From the NCBI GenBank assembly GCA_964304625.1, contig OZ199839.1, positions 4,032,314 to 4,087,023 on the forward strand: a stretch of 54,710 nucleotides of DNA, given 5' to 3'. Made by a program: the position numbers and the translations under genes. How positions within the stretch are numbered: the stretch's first letter is position 1; every line of letters starts with the position of its first letter. The DNA comes from Kudoa neothunni. Taxonomy: Eukaryota; Animalia; Cnidaria. Below are positions 12,691 through 24,599 of the stretch, one piece after another. The notes under the pieces were generated by a model. The model was given only the letters and a program-made list of their open reading frames with translations, ran no database searches and was not told the origin of the DNA.

Positions 12691-14357
12691 ATGACTTATT
12701 TTCTTGTTGTATGCTTTATGTTGGCAGGTGGGATGTTGTCTCCAACTTTGTGCAATGGTTTTGGGACGGTAATGATGTTCGGTAGTGATGGGTAATTTAA
12801 AATGCGTTAAATTTATTGTTTTTGACTGATTATATAACTTGTTTTTTTCGATAACATTAATAATATATAGAACGAAAGCAATGACTTCTAATCCACCAAA
12901 GTCAGATGTGATATATATAGAAGTGAAAGATAATTTCAACGACGCCATCTCTAGGAGCAATTTCAAAGCTTACGATCAAGTGATCATTATTCAAGCTAAA
13001 GGAGTATGTGGAATTGATTTTGATTGGATATACACCCAACCGATGTTAACAATTAGATGACTTTAAATGATATCCAATTGTCAAAAAATAAGTACAAGTT
13101 TCTAGCGGAGAAAAGCGACCAAATGGATAAATTTTTGTGGTCGAACACCATTAATTTCGGCCCCAAAGAAGTTTTCGAAGCATTTAAACCAGGTGTCGTT
13201 TTCAGCCCAAATACGGCGAAAGAAGGTATTTGTAACTATTGAATATTGACTAATGGTGTGTACTGTTTCAATCTAACATAGATTTAACCAGTCTCTATGA
13301 ATCAACCGATAAAGTTAAAGTCATCCGAGTGTATCTTACTCATAAAAAATAATATGCGTGGTTGATTGGTGCATAGGAAAACTGATGTCGATGGAACAAT
13401 CCAAGCTATCTACGATCATTATTCCAAACAAAATATAAAGGCCCTTATTGTAGTCGTAGGTGATGTGTCAGAAACAGGACACTATTACAAATACAGCTCG
13501 TTGTCATTGCGAAGCACCATCAATAAAATATTAAAAAAGTCTAATCAGTTTTCCGCCTACTATGTGGACAGTAAAAAATTTCTACCATGTCGATCATTCC
13601 GGTATTGTCGATACTGGCACATTGGCCACTTTTGATCAATGCCTCATGTTTTTCTATTCAAAATTTATTCTTATTGCACACAACGATTCCAACCACACTT
13701 GCTACCTTTCTTCGGTCCCAGTCAGTTTGACCGGGTCAGTTTGTGGTTCACTGTATGATCGATATTTTTTGTGAATGAGGAGTTGATTTTCTACATAGAT
13801 TGCAAGTCCATTTTGATAACGATAGTCGTTGCAGGGCACAAAATATTGTTTTTGAGTAATTTTTGATATTACTGTGAATTACTATTGTGAATTATTATCT
13901 TGGATTAGAATGAATTTCAGCAAGAAAAATCATGAGTGGAAATGCGATAAAGCCACGTTCAAATTCAACTATAAAGCCGAAAGGATTGTTGCTTCAACCA
14001 GTTGTCCAACCATTGAAGCTCCTTACACATTCTCCCGAACATGCTATCAAGATTCTTTCCAATTGGTTAGCAACAACGCCCGATTCACAGCCATTGTCAA
14101 CTATTTCCAAGTAATTAGGTGGATTGGATTGAATCGTGATTGATGACGGTTAGCTTCAAACTTCACCTGTTAAACATTCCAAATTCAACACCGCTGTCGA
14201 TTGTACCAGTATGTTCACAGTTGAAACATGGAATGGTTTACTGGTCACACTTATTATGGGACTGATTGTTGCTTGGGGACTATGTACACTTATCGGCATC
14301 AAAACCAATATCATCACCGAACAACCTTCTGAGATGATCGAACTGGGAAAAAACTAA
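12691..14357 (+). CDS. ATP6AP1: V-ATPase accessory subunit S1/Ac45-like (multi-exon)
   Basis: Signal peptide MTYFLVVCFMLAGG; spliced C-terminus NYFQ|LQ...FNTAVDCTSMFTVETWNGLLVTLIMGLIVAWGLCTLIGIKT matches the Ac45 DC-x-x-F...W-x-GL...KT transmembrane signature. Internal exon boundaries only partly resolved. Confidence 0.8.
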
Positions 14358-14609
14358 TTATTTTTCTATGTCAACTCTATCCTACTATTCTTAACCGTTT
14401 TTATTGTTTTACTGCATTCTTTTTTTTTATTTATCTTCCTTTTAAATAAAACTCAACAGTGCTACTATTAATGTCTTGATTAAATTACTTCTTGTTGCGT
14501 GTGTAGTTAACAGAGCGCTGTAAACGCTATTTAAGTGAGGGTGTAGTTCTAATTTTAGCCACTTATTTGTTGGGCATCATTATGTTCGAAAAAAAGACAA
14601 ATAACTAAA

Positions 14610-16261
14610 TCTATATACATAATAAAGTTCTTATGTCTGTCTGTTCGTGTGTGTGTGTCAGTTTGCAGTAATACGCATGTGCCACGGAGAAATTTTCTTT
14701 AAATATAGCTGTAAGTTTATATTTGAATAGATAAAATCATTAATGAAAATCGATCATTCACTTAAAAGTATAAATATAGTCAATAGCACAGTCCGAAGTA
14801 AGGAATTTTCTGGTTGTCCTCACAAATAGCAGATTAAAAACACCTGCATAATATTGATATTTGTTTACTTCTAATTGATAGCCAAATAAAATAAACTTTT
14901 ACTCATTATATAGAAAAAGAGTCTCTTAATTATGGTATAGAATGTTCTAAAAATTTTGCATATGCCTGTTCGGAGTACTTTTGAGACAAATAAAACTATT
15001 AACGTCACATTACAAGAGTTGTCGCATTTCCATTAAAATTTGAAGCATAAACATAAACAAGTTATTTGGTATGTATTTTCTCTTTTCGAACGTTATGGAT
15101 ATAGTTAAGAAAAATAGACTATGATCATTTTAAATAAAACACATAATTTGAGATAACAAGTTGTTGCCACGTTGGAATAATTTGAGTCTCTATATGTATC
15201 CTAATTATTCCTTACCCCAGACCTTGAGGTTAATATTCAAATCAATATATTGTTTTCTCTAGGCTCGCATTAATTCATTATGATATAAAAGCTACAGAAA
15301 AATACAGTCCCTTCTCAATGGGTGCCATGTAAGTTAATAAGAAATTATTGGTCTATTCGATCTAACCGATATTTTCACAAATTTTTCGTTAATCTAAGAA
15401 TAGTTCAATACAAAGAAAATTTTTTGGGGCAATCAAACAATACGTTAATTTGTAAAGGGTGCATCCCTCAAGAAAACCAGTTGATGTTTAAGCATTACTG
15501 CAATTTTTCAAACCAAAAACACCTTTACATTTTTGATTTAATCGTATTTTGTTAATTAAATGTGTATATTTTTGAACCAGTAAGTATTCTTAATAAAAAG
15601 CAAGGTTGGATTTATTTATAAATAGGGAAATTTTGTTACAACAGTGAATACGTAAGTTACTGCTCACAGCTTTTCTAACCATCATTGGCATCATTATAAA
15701 ATTTGCGATAAAAGGAGTAACAATTTACTATTTATATCTTGGAGGCATCTTAAGTTGATTTTATTTTTTTTTATCGTTTGTAGACTAATAATAAATTTTA
15801 TAATTAGGATTAATTTTCATCGCAAAATTTTGAAAAAAAACTGAAAGTCCTATTTAAGTCGCTTAATGACTTTGTTTTCATAAATAGCTGAACTTTAATC
15901 GCTAATTACATTTCTCTTAAAATTAAGGTCATCATAGTTTTTGGTCAATAATTTGTAAAATACAGTTAAAATTACCCATTAATTTTTCTCCATACCTCTA
16001 TTTATATTTGAATGGAAGGTGTGCGCATAATTTTCGTTTATCTAAATCATCACATTGCAAAAATAATGACAAGCTTTATAATACATAAATTAAAATAGAA
16101 AAATAGAATTAAAAGTTAAAAATTTCCCATCACACTGTACCACGCAAAACTGGGCATTAGCGCTATTTACTTAAAAAATCAAAAAGGCTATAGTCTGCGC
16201 CAGGTGTTAACCTACTTGGCTGGGCAAGGAAAGCCTTCGCGAAGCGGGGCTTTTGCGCTAA
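14610..16261 (+). mobile_element. Probable non-autonomous Helitron
   Basis: 5' A|TCTATATACATAATAAAG followed by GTCT/GT microsatellite; 3' GC-rich hairpin (AAGCCTTCGC-GAA-GCGGGGCTT) then CTAA|T (CTRR); no TSD. Pairing of the two ends is inferred. Confidence 0.6.
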
Positions 16262-18651
16262 TATACGATAATGAGGTATTTCATAATTAATAAAATTAGA
16301 AAATTTTATTGGATTTGCGGAATAAGTGAAAGGAGGGGAAGAATGGTTAAAATACGAACTTTGAATTAAGTGAAAAAATTTTGTTCTAAAAAAGAGCCAT
16401 CAGATTTTAAAAAAGAATATTTACAATATTTTGAAGATCAAAATGCAACTTGATCTACGGGGTTTTGTGATAGTTCAACTGAGGGCCTCACGACGGAAGT
16501 GCTGGAATACATTGATACAGACAGATGGCGCGGATGTCTCTTCATCTGACAGAAAGTCGCGAGGTCAAGACTTCAAATTCTTACAGTGCCACAATATGAC
16601 ATTGCTTCTTGGTTGTGTAATTCTTATCAGAGATGGAACCTGTGGTTAGAATGCATACTCATTATTACGTGTGATATAACTAGTAATAGTTCGGTACAAT
16701 GGGGGATGGTCGGATTTTTATGCTTGGATCATGTGGGATCTAATTGATAGTAAAAATCAAGCAGGCCCCGTACAATCAACCTAATTACAATCGTCGAAAT
16801 TGAAGATTTAAGGTGGTAATCATTTTGAGACAGAGATGTTTAGTTGGTTAATTCCATACATTGATTAGCCTAGCTTAACATGGTGGGGGTAAGGTAAGTG
16901 ATTATATTGGGGGCTCTTTGTGATGACCACAGCTTTCGTTGAGACTGCCTCATAAGGACATTACTCCACAAAACTAATAAGCGGTACGAGGATTTTTTAC
17001 TTTTGCGAACTACGAAAAAGAGGGCATTCACTTGAGCTAAGCATATAGTTTTATATGGGAAATTTTCAAAATTAATTTGACACCTTTTTCAAGTCGTTAA
17101 CTCTGAAGAAAATATAATTTGGATGTAACATTGCTGAGTTTTTATCGAATGTATTTTGAACATTCGATATTAAATAAATTATTTACATACATTCTTTCCA
17201 TTTTTAATTGAAATAAATAAAGGTGACACTATTTAGTTAATACAAATCGATATTGGTAAAAATAGGTTTGAACAGACAATATTATTCAATAACTTAAGTT
17301 GAATTTTAAACTGGATTAAAAATTATGCATACAAAATGAAGTAAATTTATTCCCATCATAAAACATAAAAATGTTATATTAAAAATCTCCCCTGGAAATA
17401 ATGATCATTTCTTAGTTTCTAATTTTTTCTTGATTACTTATGTCATCTTGTTTCTATTAATAAAATAATAACTTAAATTAAATGAATATCGATCAAATGC
17501 AAAGAAAGTAAAGCCAGGTGACATTCTGATCAGGCGCTGACCCAGAGTTTACTGAATTTTTACCAAAAAGTTCAAGAAAAAAGTAAATAAGGGTTTTAGT
17601 TAATAGAAATTTTTTTAATTAGTTCTAAAAATTAATTCGAATAACGAGATTTTTAGATATATAGGATTATATCGTATTTATAAATTTAATCAAAAAGTTG
17701 TAGTACAACGTATTAAATTAATTCTAATAGGCATGTTATTAAATAAGCTGAATAAAATGAAGTAAATCATCCTTTATACCAGGGATTCTCATCCAGGCGT
17801 AATTTTTAAATGATAGGGCGTAAATTAAGTGATAACAAAATTGGATATGGACTATTTTTGCATAATGCGGTTTGTACGTACGTAAGGAATTCTAGAGAGT
17901 TATATTATTTAAGACTATTAAACTCAATAAACCCATTGGGGGCAGCCTTGGGCCTTGTGAGCCCATCTTTCTATTATTTATACAATAAATTTTGTAAATA
18001 AACTTGTTACATTTTATGTATTTTCATCGGAATTTTACCAACTTTTAAAAAAAAGTTTTACGTATCGACAAGAGTAATAAAATGAGTAAAAGTTCAGGGG
18101 AAAATACTCAAAATGTAACCAACTTAACAACAAAATAATATTAAAGTGGCGTGGGGAGCCTATGGTTGCCATCAAAGGGTTAAGATGTCGGCAGAAATGC
18201 TTAAAATATTTTTAGGAATCAATATTTAACAATTATTTATATAACTGTAAACAGCCTATTTCTTTCATGTCTCGTTTATTTTTTCGTGATGTAGCCTAAT
18301 AGTATTTAAATAAATATACAACCATAAAATATATATGGATCTGGCTCCCAAATTAAAATGATAAATTTGGACTTTTCACCGGGCCGAAGGGGTAAATTTA
18401 ATAAAAACAATTGAAAACCCATGCTTTATATTATTTTATCTTGGCATTTTACAAAGTCACTCCAAAGCTGGAGAAAATTAATCATATCTTTGAAGAATCT
18501 CTTGGTTTCCCCTTGTTTAACCAAACCGCACGAAATGTTATTTTTGTCAATAAATATATCATTGGAATCAATTAACATTGTATCTTCTTTATAAATATTT
18601 ACGTTAAATTTCTTAGGTTAAATAAATTTTGGTACATCATTGTAATTAATA

Positions 18652-20452
18652 CAGCGGATGATGGATAATACGTATTCCCTTGGGGGCCGGAGAAAAAGCG
18701 CGAATTAGCCAGCAATGATGGTTAATACCAGGGCTGCCAGCGGGATTTTAGAAAAAACCCAAGGTCTAGAAAAACACTAGTCTCAAGTACAACAAAAAAT
18801 AGAATCATATCTATTAAGGTTTTTAATCATCTTCCGAGTCTTCAAATACGTCTACAGATATTAAATTTAAATTTATCGTCGCATTATTACAATTTATTGT
18901 TGCTAACACTCATTCAAACTTAATGTCTAGTATAGATCGATATGCTCACAATGGATTAATTAATTCATAGTTCAAGATATATTTTTGAAATAACGTTAAA
19001 TTTTCTAATAACGTGCAACAATGATAATTGAACAGTTGTGCCCCGATAAACAATCTATTGTACTGTCGTTTCAATATCGTAAATGTTTAAAACCCTGCCA
19101 CGATATAATCTGAGTAGGATACGTTATTAAAAAATATAAATATTAATGTCGCACATAATAAACTTTGTGTTATTATCCAATTTTTACAGGTTTTCAATAA
19201 AAACCCAAGATTTTAAAGAAGAATGAAAAAAAACCCCAAGCAATGGACGCCCTGGTTAATACGCACTTTAATGCGCTTGCGTACATTCAAAATTCAATTA
19301 TTTTTTGGATTATTATTGTAATAAATTTACTTTAGAGAACATAGGGTAGTTTTGTTCATTTCTTGCACTCCATGTATACGTTGTACAAATCGTTTTTCTA
19401 CGTTTTAAGTGTATTTTTAGAAAATAAATAGAACAATTTTTTATTTTAAATCCCTTTATACATTTGAGACATTTAAATGGTTTTTGTGATTTAGATATCT
19501 CTTCATCAAACGTTTTCTAAATAGGATGTTACTAATGCATCTTGGATAACTGGAAAATTTAGTTATTTTTTTTCATCGTCTTTGTTTCGATATGTAATAT
19601 TTTTAAATTGATACTTCAATAATGTTTTTTAGTGGTTGAAAATCGTCATGTTCAACCAAAAAGATTTCTTTTTCTACTTTTAATATTTCCTGCATAGAAA
19701 GTTGCGACAAAATTGGATGATGATTTGTCTCAGTTAAATTTCAACCTCGTCTCTGGTTTATAAATTTTTAGAGTTATTTTTAGGCGTACATTCATCAAAG
19801 ATTTTTGGATCATTATAACAGTTTAACCTACGCAGATTAAATTGTTCCTTAAAACTAATCATAGCTAACATCATAGACATTTTACATAATTTTCTTTATA
19901 ATTTCATTACATTTAAAAATAATTTCCGGTGTGTAATATCTTTGAAATTTCGACTTTATTCAAGTAATCCGTTAGCAGGTTTTTCGTCGGATTCATCGTT
20001 CATTCAGTTGTCTAATATTTACAGTTCAATTTTCATATAATTCCATGATTTTTAATTTCATGGATAGGTTATTATTTAAAATTAATATGAATATAACAAC
20101 ATAATTTTTAATGGTGTGGCGTTAAGGTTTTTATATTAACTTCAAATATTTTATTCCTTTGTATTTTTTATTTATTATAAACATATCGTGAAGATTTATA
20201 TCGATCATACATACAAATCAAAGAATATTCGTGCGTGATTTTAAAGCCAGTTTCAATGAAAAAGGTGCGTATTACCCAACAATGCGTGAAATTACAATAT
20301 TTTATTGATTTTTTGTCTGAAAATTATTTTTCATTCATAATAACTCAACTAAATTAAGTTTGTAAATGTCAACTTAAGTAATGTGTTCAACAAGTAGTAA
20401 ATTCTATATGAGAAAGCAAAAGTACGTATTAGCCATACTGCGTATTATCCGT
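18652..20452. mobile_element. Decayed Tigger/pogo-like element (left TIR clear, right end uncertain)
   Basis: TA|CAGCGGATGATGGATAATACG resembles the TIR at 40804; GCGTATTA-type motifs recur near 20270-20450. Confidence 0.4.
18729..19254. mobile_element. hAT-type MITE, 526 bp
   Basis: TIRs CAGGGCTGCCA / TGGACGCCCTG; perfect 8-bp TSD GTTAATAC; subterminal AAAACCCAAG repeats. Confidence 0.85.
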
Positions 20453-20906
20453 TTTATAATTATCTAAGTTAATTTAAATTTTTAAAATAAAATTATTTTA
20501 GTCCAAATCTTAAAATATCGAATAAAAATTGGGAGTCAAAGTAGACCTCATTTTCCTCGGCAATTATAAAATCGAAATTATAGTAAAACCCATATTAAAC
20601 GTTTCTAATTTATACGACAAAAACTTTTAATAAATAATAAAATAATTGTCCGTAATGTTTTATAGCTTAATAATATTACATCTAATATTTAGACAATAAA
20701 TGATTCCAAATAAGAATATCAGAACATTAAGCTGACCAAGTTGTTAATCAAAAATTAGAAAATTGATATTTTCATTTATTATTATTTAGATTAAGTATTA
20801 AAGTCCATTTTTGAGTCAATTAACATATATTCGTATTATAGTCATATTTTTGTTAAATTTATACCAAAAACCTTCGTTTTCTCCTTAATTCATAATTATA
20901 TTTATG

Positions 20907-21617
20907 AGCCTGGACAATGTGGCATAGTGGAGTTAGGTCGAGATCGCATACCGTGAGGTTGCGAGCTCGAAGCCTAGTCCGGGCGTTCCTGTACTCCTAA
21001 TCCGAAATTAAGTAGGAAGGTTGTAGTAATCGCAAGGATCTACGATTTATCGTTATGATCCCAAAGGACACTATTATTATGAACCAACATTATCACACCC
21101 AAACAGCTGTGCGTGCTGATTTCCATCATCATTACTAATTCGTTATCATTATTCTAGGTAATACGACCAGGTTAGCTCCTATTCTACTGATACGGTCTCT
21201 ATCACTTCCATTTCAATTACATTGTTATTTATTATATTGGGTTTCTATCCTCGCGCGATACTAATAACCATGGTCTTGCTTGCAGCTGGGAGAGGAACCT
21301 GGCGGAAAGGTGGACTCAAGCGCTCATGAACGCCAGGGTGCAGGAACGAAATACAACCCAGTAGGGGGTTTCCGTAGAGCCGACGTCCGCATTCAGATGA
21401 CTTTCCGATACTAATTCTGAGTTAGTCCAGGATATAGTTGGGATGGTGTTTGCTTCGAAGCGAGGATGTTTAGTGGGTTAGTATCCCACACTACCGCATA
21501 AACATAAGTCGCCTTAATATGACACTGCGGTGCCTAAAGCGTAAATGGAGAAGGCCTAGCCAACCCCAACTTCACAACCTAACAAATTGTGCCAGGAGTT
21601 TCACCTCGTAAAAAAAC
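20907..21617 (+). mobile_element. tRNA-derived SINE, long copy (about 710 bp)
   Basis: A box TGGCATAGTGG, B-box-like GAGCTCGAAGCC, A-rich end, 13-bp TSD TAATT(A/G)TATTTAT with one mismatch; homologous to 33835-34334. Confidence 0.88.
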
Positions 21618-22198
21618 TAATTGTATTTATATGCGCCTTTTTTGATATAAACTTTAGAGAGCTTAAGAATTGTTATCTGAATAAATTATAGAAAATCTAC
21701 CTACCTCTCCCAAATTATTTCTGCTTACTTTATTCTTAATTTTTGCATTCATGTAATGATAAAAGTATTTCAACACATTTTAAACAAGAACTTTAAGATG
21801 GCTCCGATACCTTCATTTTTGAAAATTCGAAGAATCTGTAATTAGATTTAAATGAAGCTCATTTGTCTACTGTATGGAGTAAATATTAGAATACTTACTT
21901 TTGTTACACAATGTCAAAACTTTACAGAATTTACATAATCATACAGAAAAAATAAACACCGACAGGACCTTTGAGAATGCGCTTCAGCTAGTTTAAAAGA
22001 GATTCGTTTATTTCTAAAACATAAATGTAATATGGACTGAAAGCTCTGAGTTTAAAAGAAATTGACTAATTTTTTCTACTCGAATCTCAGTTAATTTTAT
22101 CCAAGTAGGCCAGCTAACAGTGGTTTTACGAAAACAAAAAAATTAGCCGGCGATTAAAAACGATAAAACCAAATAAACTCGCGCAATACATTATAATA

Positions 22199-22761
22199 AT
22201 GGTCGTTGGATTAAGCCGTAAAAAACTGGTAGCAGTCATAGGAGACATTGTATATTATTTTTATTTCCTTCATTTCGTTTAACGCACAATAGGATACATG
22301 TATAGGCTTCATATTGGCAGGTGTGGGCGATGTGAACCAAAAACGTCAAAAAAACTTCCTGGTTGTTGATAAAAGTAGTGCCATCGTGTATAGAATTTTT
22401 TGATTGAATATTATAGCAACGTCTACTCAGGAAGTGGAAATATTTTTTAATTCTCTCATTTCAAGGCAAGACATTGCGATTATATTGATAACACAACCGG
22501 TAATAATTAATCACAATAGCTATGCAACAATAACGCCATTATCTTAATCACTGGACATTAAATTTTTAGATTGCTGAAATGATACGATACTTGATCGATA
22601 AACACAACGCTCCGCTACCCTCGGTGTTAGAAATACCCTCCAAAGATTCTCCTTACGATCCTTACAAGGATTCAATATATATACGATTAAAAGTAGTTGA
22701 TAAAAAGTAAGTTTGCGAAAAGTCACTAATAAACATTTAGAACATATTGGGAAACGATTAA
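22199..22761 (+). CDS. ATP6V1F: V-type ATPase subunit F (5 exons)
   Basis: Spliced translation KLVAVIGDI|[12 protein letters not shown]...NFLVVDK|...[11 protein letters not shown]...[20 protein letters not shown]. The last short exon (NILGND) is inferred; without it the stop is at 22710. Confidence 0.92.
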
Positions 22762-22771
22762 CTTTTAGTTT

Positions 22772-23571
22772 TTAGTGATATTTTGTTTGTGGCATTAACG
22801 TTGGTACAATCAAATCTGCGTTGTCTAAACATAAACAAATTGAATTTCGTATTGGAGTGAATATTTGTAATTACGTGTCGCATAGCACAGCATGTCATCG
22901 AGAGATGTGTGATATTTGGTGGTGAAATCGGTCATGCGAGGATTTCCTCTTACTGCACCATATCTACTACTAAGCAGCTAAATACAAAGGCACCATATCT
23001 ACTACTAAGCAGCTAAATACAAAGGTTAATTAACAATGTTAATAATCAGGCATAAATGCGCACTTTAACTGTGACCATAGCTCTGAAAAAATCAACGAAC
23101 GAAAGAGAACCTCTACGTGATGAATCAAATTTTTGGATTATGCGCTGTAGAGTAGCATTTGAAAATTGCAAGTTGTATCCTTTAAAAGCTACAAAAATCT
23201 GATAGATTAATATTTAAGAATAAACAATGTTAATTACCAACATCAAGTTCGTACAATCCAATTGAACCGCTCCTGTCTTTGTCGAGGTTGAAAAAAGCGT
23301 GTTTCCATTTTTCAATATTGTCGTAACATTTACAGAATTGTTCGCAGTTCAGGCCTGCAGTTCCTGGTGATTTAAACATATTGACCACCAGCTTAATAGC
23401 TGTATGGTCGAATGTGGCTCCAAACTCTGAATAATTGAATATTTGTTAATTGCATGGACTTACTGAGAGCATATTACCCTTACAGAAGTAGGTGTATAAT
23501 TCAGCCTCATCGATATAGCCACTTCTGTCATTGTCTAGATGTTTAAACACATTCTGTTTGTAAGCGTTCAT
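22772..23571 (-). CDS. Penta-EF-hand Ca2+-binding protein (ALG-2/PDCD6/peflin/sorcin family)
   Basis: Spliced translation MNAYKQNVFKHLDNDRSGYIDEAEL...WKHAFFNLDKDRSGSIGLYEL...KFDSSRRGSLSFVDF. Missed by the ORF track. An upstream exon and the last exon are uncertain. Confidence 0.82.
22955..23024. repeat. Perfect 2 x 35-bp tandem duplication spanning a splice acceptor
   Basis: GCACCATATCTACTACTAAGCAGCTAAATACAAAG at 22955-22989 and 22990-23024. Confidence 0.97.
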
Positions 23572-24599
23572 TTGTTGATATGGTCGGTGACTTCTGTCCA
23601 GTGGATTTGAGATAACGCGATTAATAATCCCTTTGAAAATATTTTCTAGTATAAGTATTTATTATTAACCAATTTTGTTGGATTCGTTATTTAATATGGA
23701 ATATTTTTGACGGCGTCAGTTTAATTAATAGATTTCATTTTCTTCTAAAAATTCACGTCCAGCAATCGCAACTTTTGGTTGACACCTACAAAAAAACTCT
23801 CTATTAGCAATAAGCTTATTACGAGACTAATGGTTTTATCTGTAAAAGATTAAACATCACGAATGTCGTTTCGTAAGATGGCTCGGTTTCGTTCCGGATA
23901 GTAAATGTTATCACCATTATTTATACTATCATTCCAAATCTATTTCCTTCATGCTGCTACCATTTTTTTATTTGGGAGTGTAATTGGATGAACTGTTCGA
24001 TTTTAAATGGTATGGCACAATTCCGTTTTTATATTATTTTATAGATTTTGCATATTTAAGGTTTAAATTTTACAGAATTACACTTATTTCAATTGTAATA
24101 AGATGTGATGCGAAAATTAACTTTTATAATATAAAGTTAGTAATAAATAAAAATAATGATATCACAATATTGTTAATGGATAGATACAATGTTAGAATTT
24201 ACTTTAGATAAACTCTATGAATAAAATTAGATTTAATTTTTATTAATTTTCATTTTAATAAGATTTAAATTTCGGGTCTCTAATTTTGGAACGGTCTATG
24301 AACAATTCGATTAAATAACCTCAATATTATGATTACGGTGTGGCTATTGAAAAATTTTTTTATTGGATTTTTTTTTAATTCAATCAGCACGTTAATTCAG
24401 AAAAGTACAAAGTTTAAACTTTTTAATCAAGTGAAGTAATGAAATCTTTAATCGTAAACTAGATAATATTTTTGATTAGAAAACATGGTTAAAAAATACA
24501 GTATAGTTTAATATTTGATGCAAATCAGAATTATTACTAGTTTCATTGGGAAATACAATTAGAATTGTGTTTATCCATTATAAAAGTGATAGATATCGG

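Noticed and set aside
18146-18183. piggyBac-like right end (...CATCAAAGGG|TTAA)
   Set aside because: No matching left TIR found, so no element can be delimited.
20907-20985. SINE head as a functional tRNA gene
   Set aside because: Anticodon arm is not conserved between copies, there is no adjacent poly-T terminator, and it is embedded in a TSD-flanked repeat.
21322-21352. Hammerhead-like CTCATGA...CGAAA
   Set aside because: The core is not CTGANGA in either copy and no stem II closes it.
21511-21555. Twister-ribozyme-like string GCCTTAA...CCTAAAGC...GGAGAAGGC in the SINE tail
   Set aside because: P4 and the pseudoknots do not form properly, copy 2 lacks the AAGC loop motif, and an alternative fold is supported by both copies. 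A cmscan would settle it.
22955-23024. 35-bp repeat as a CRISPR-like array
   Set aside because: Only two adjacent units, no spacer, eukaryotic intron/exon context.
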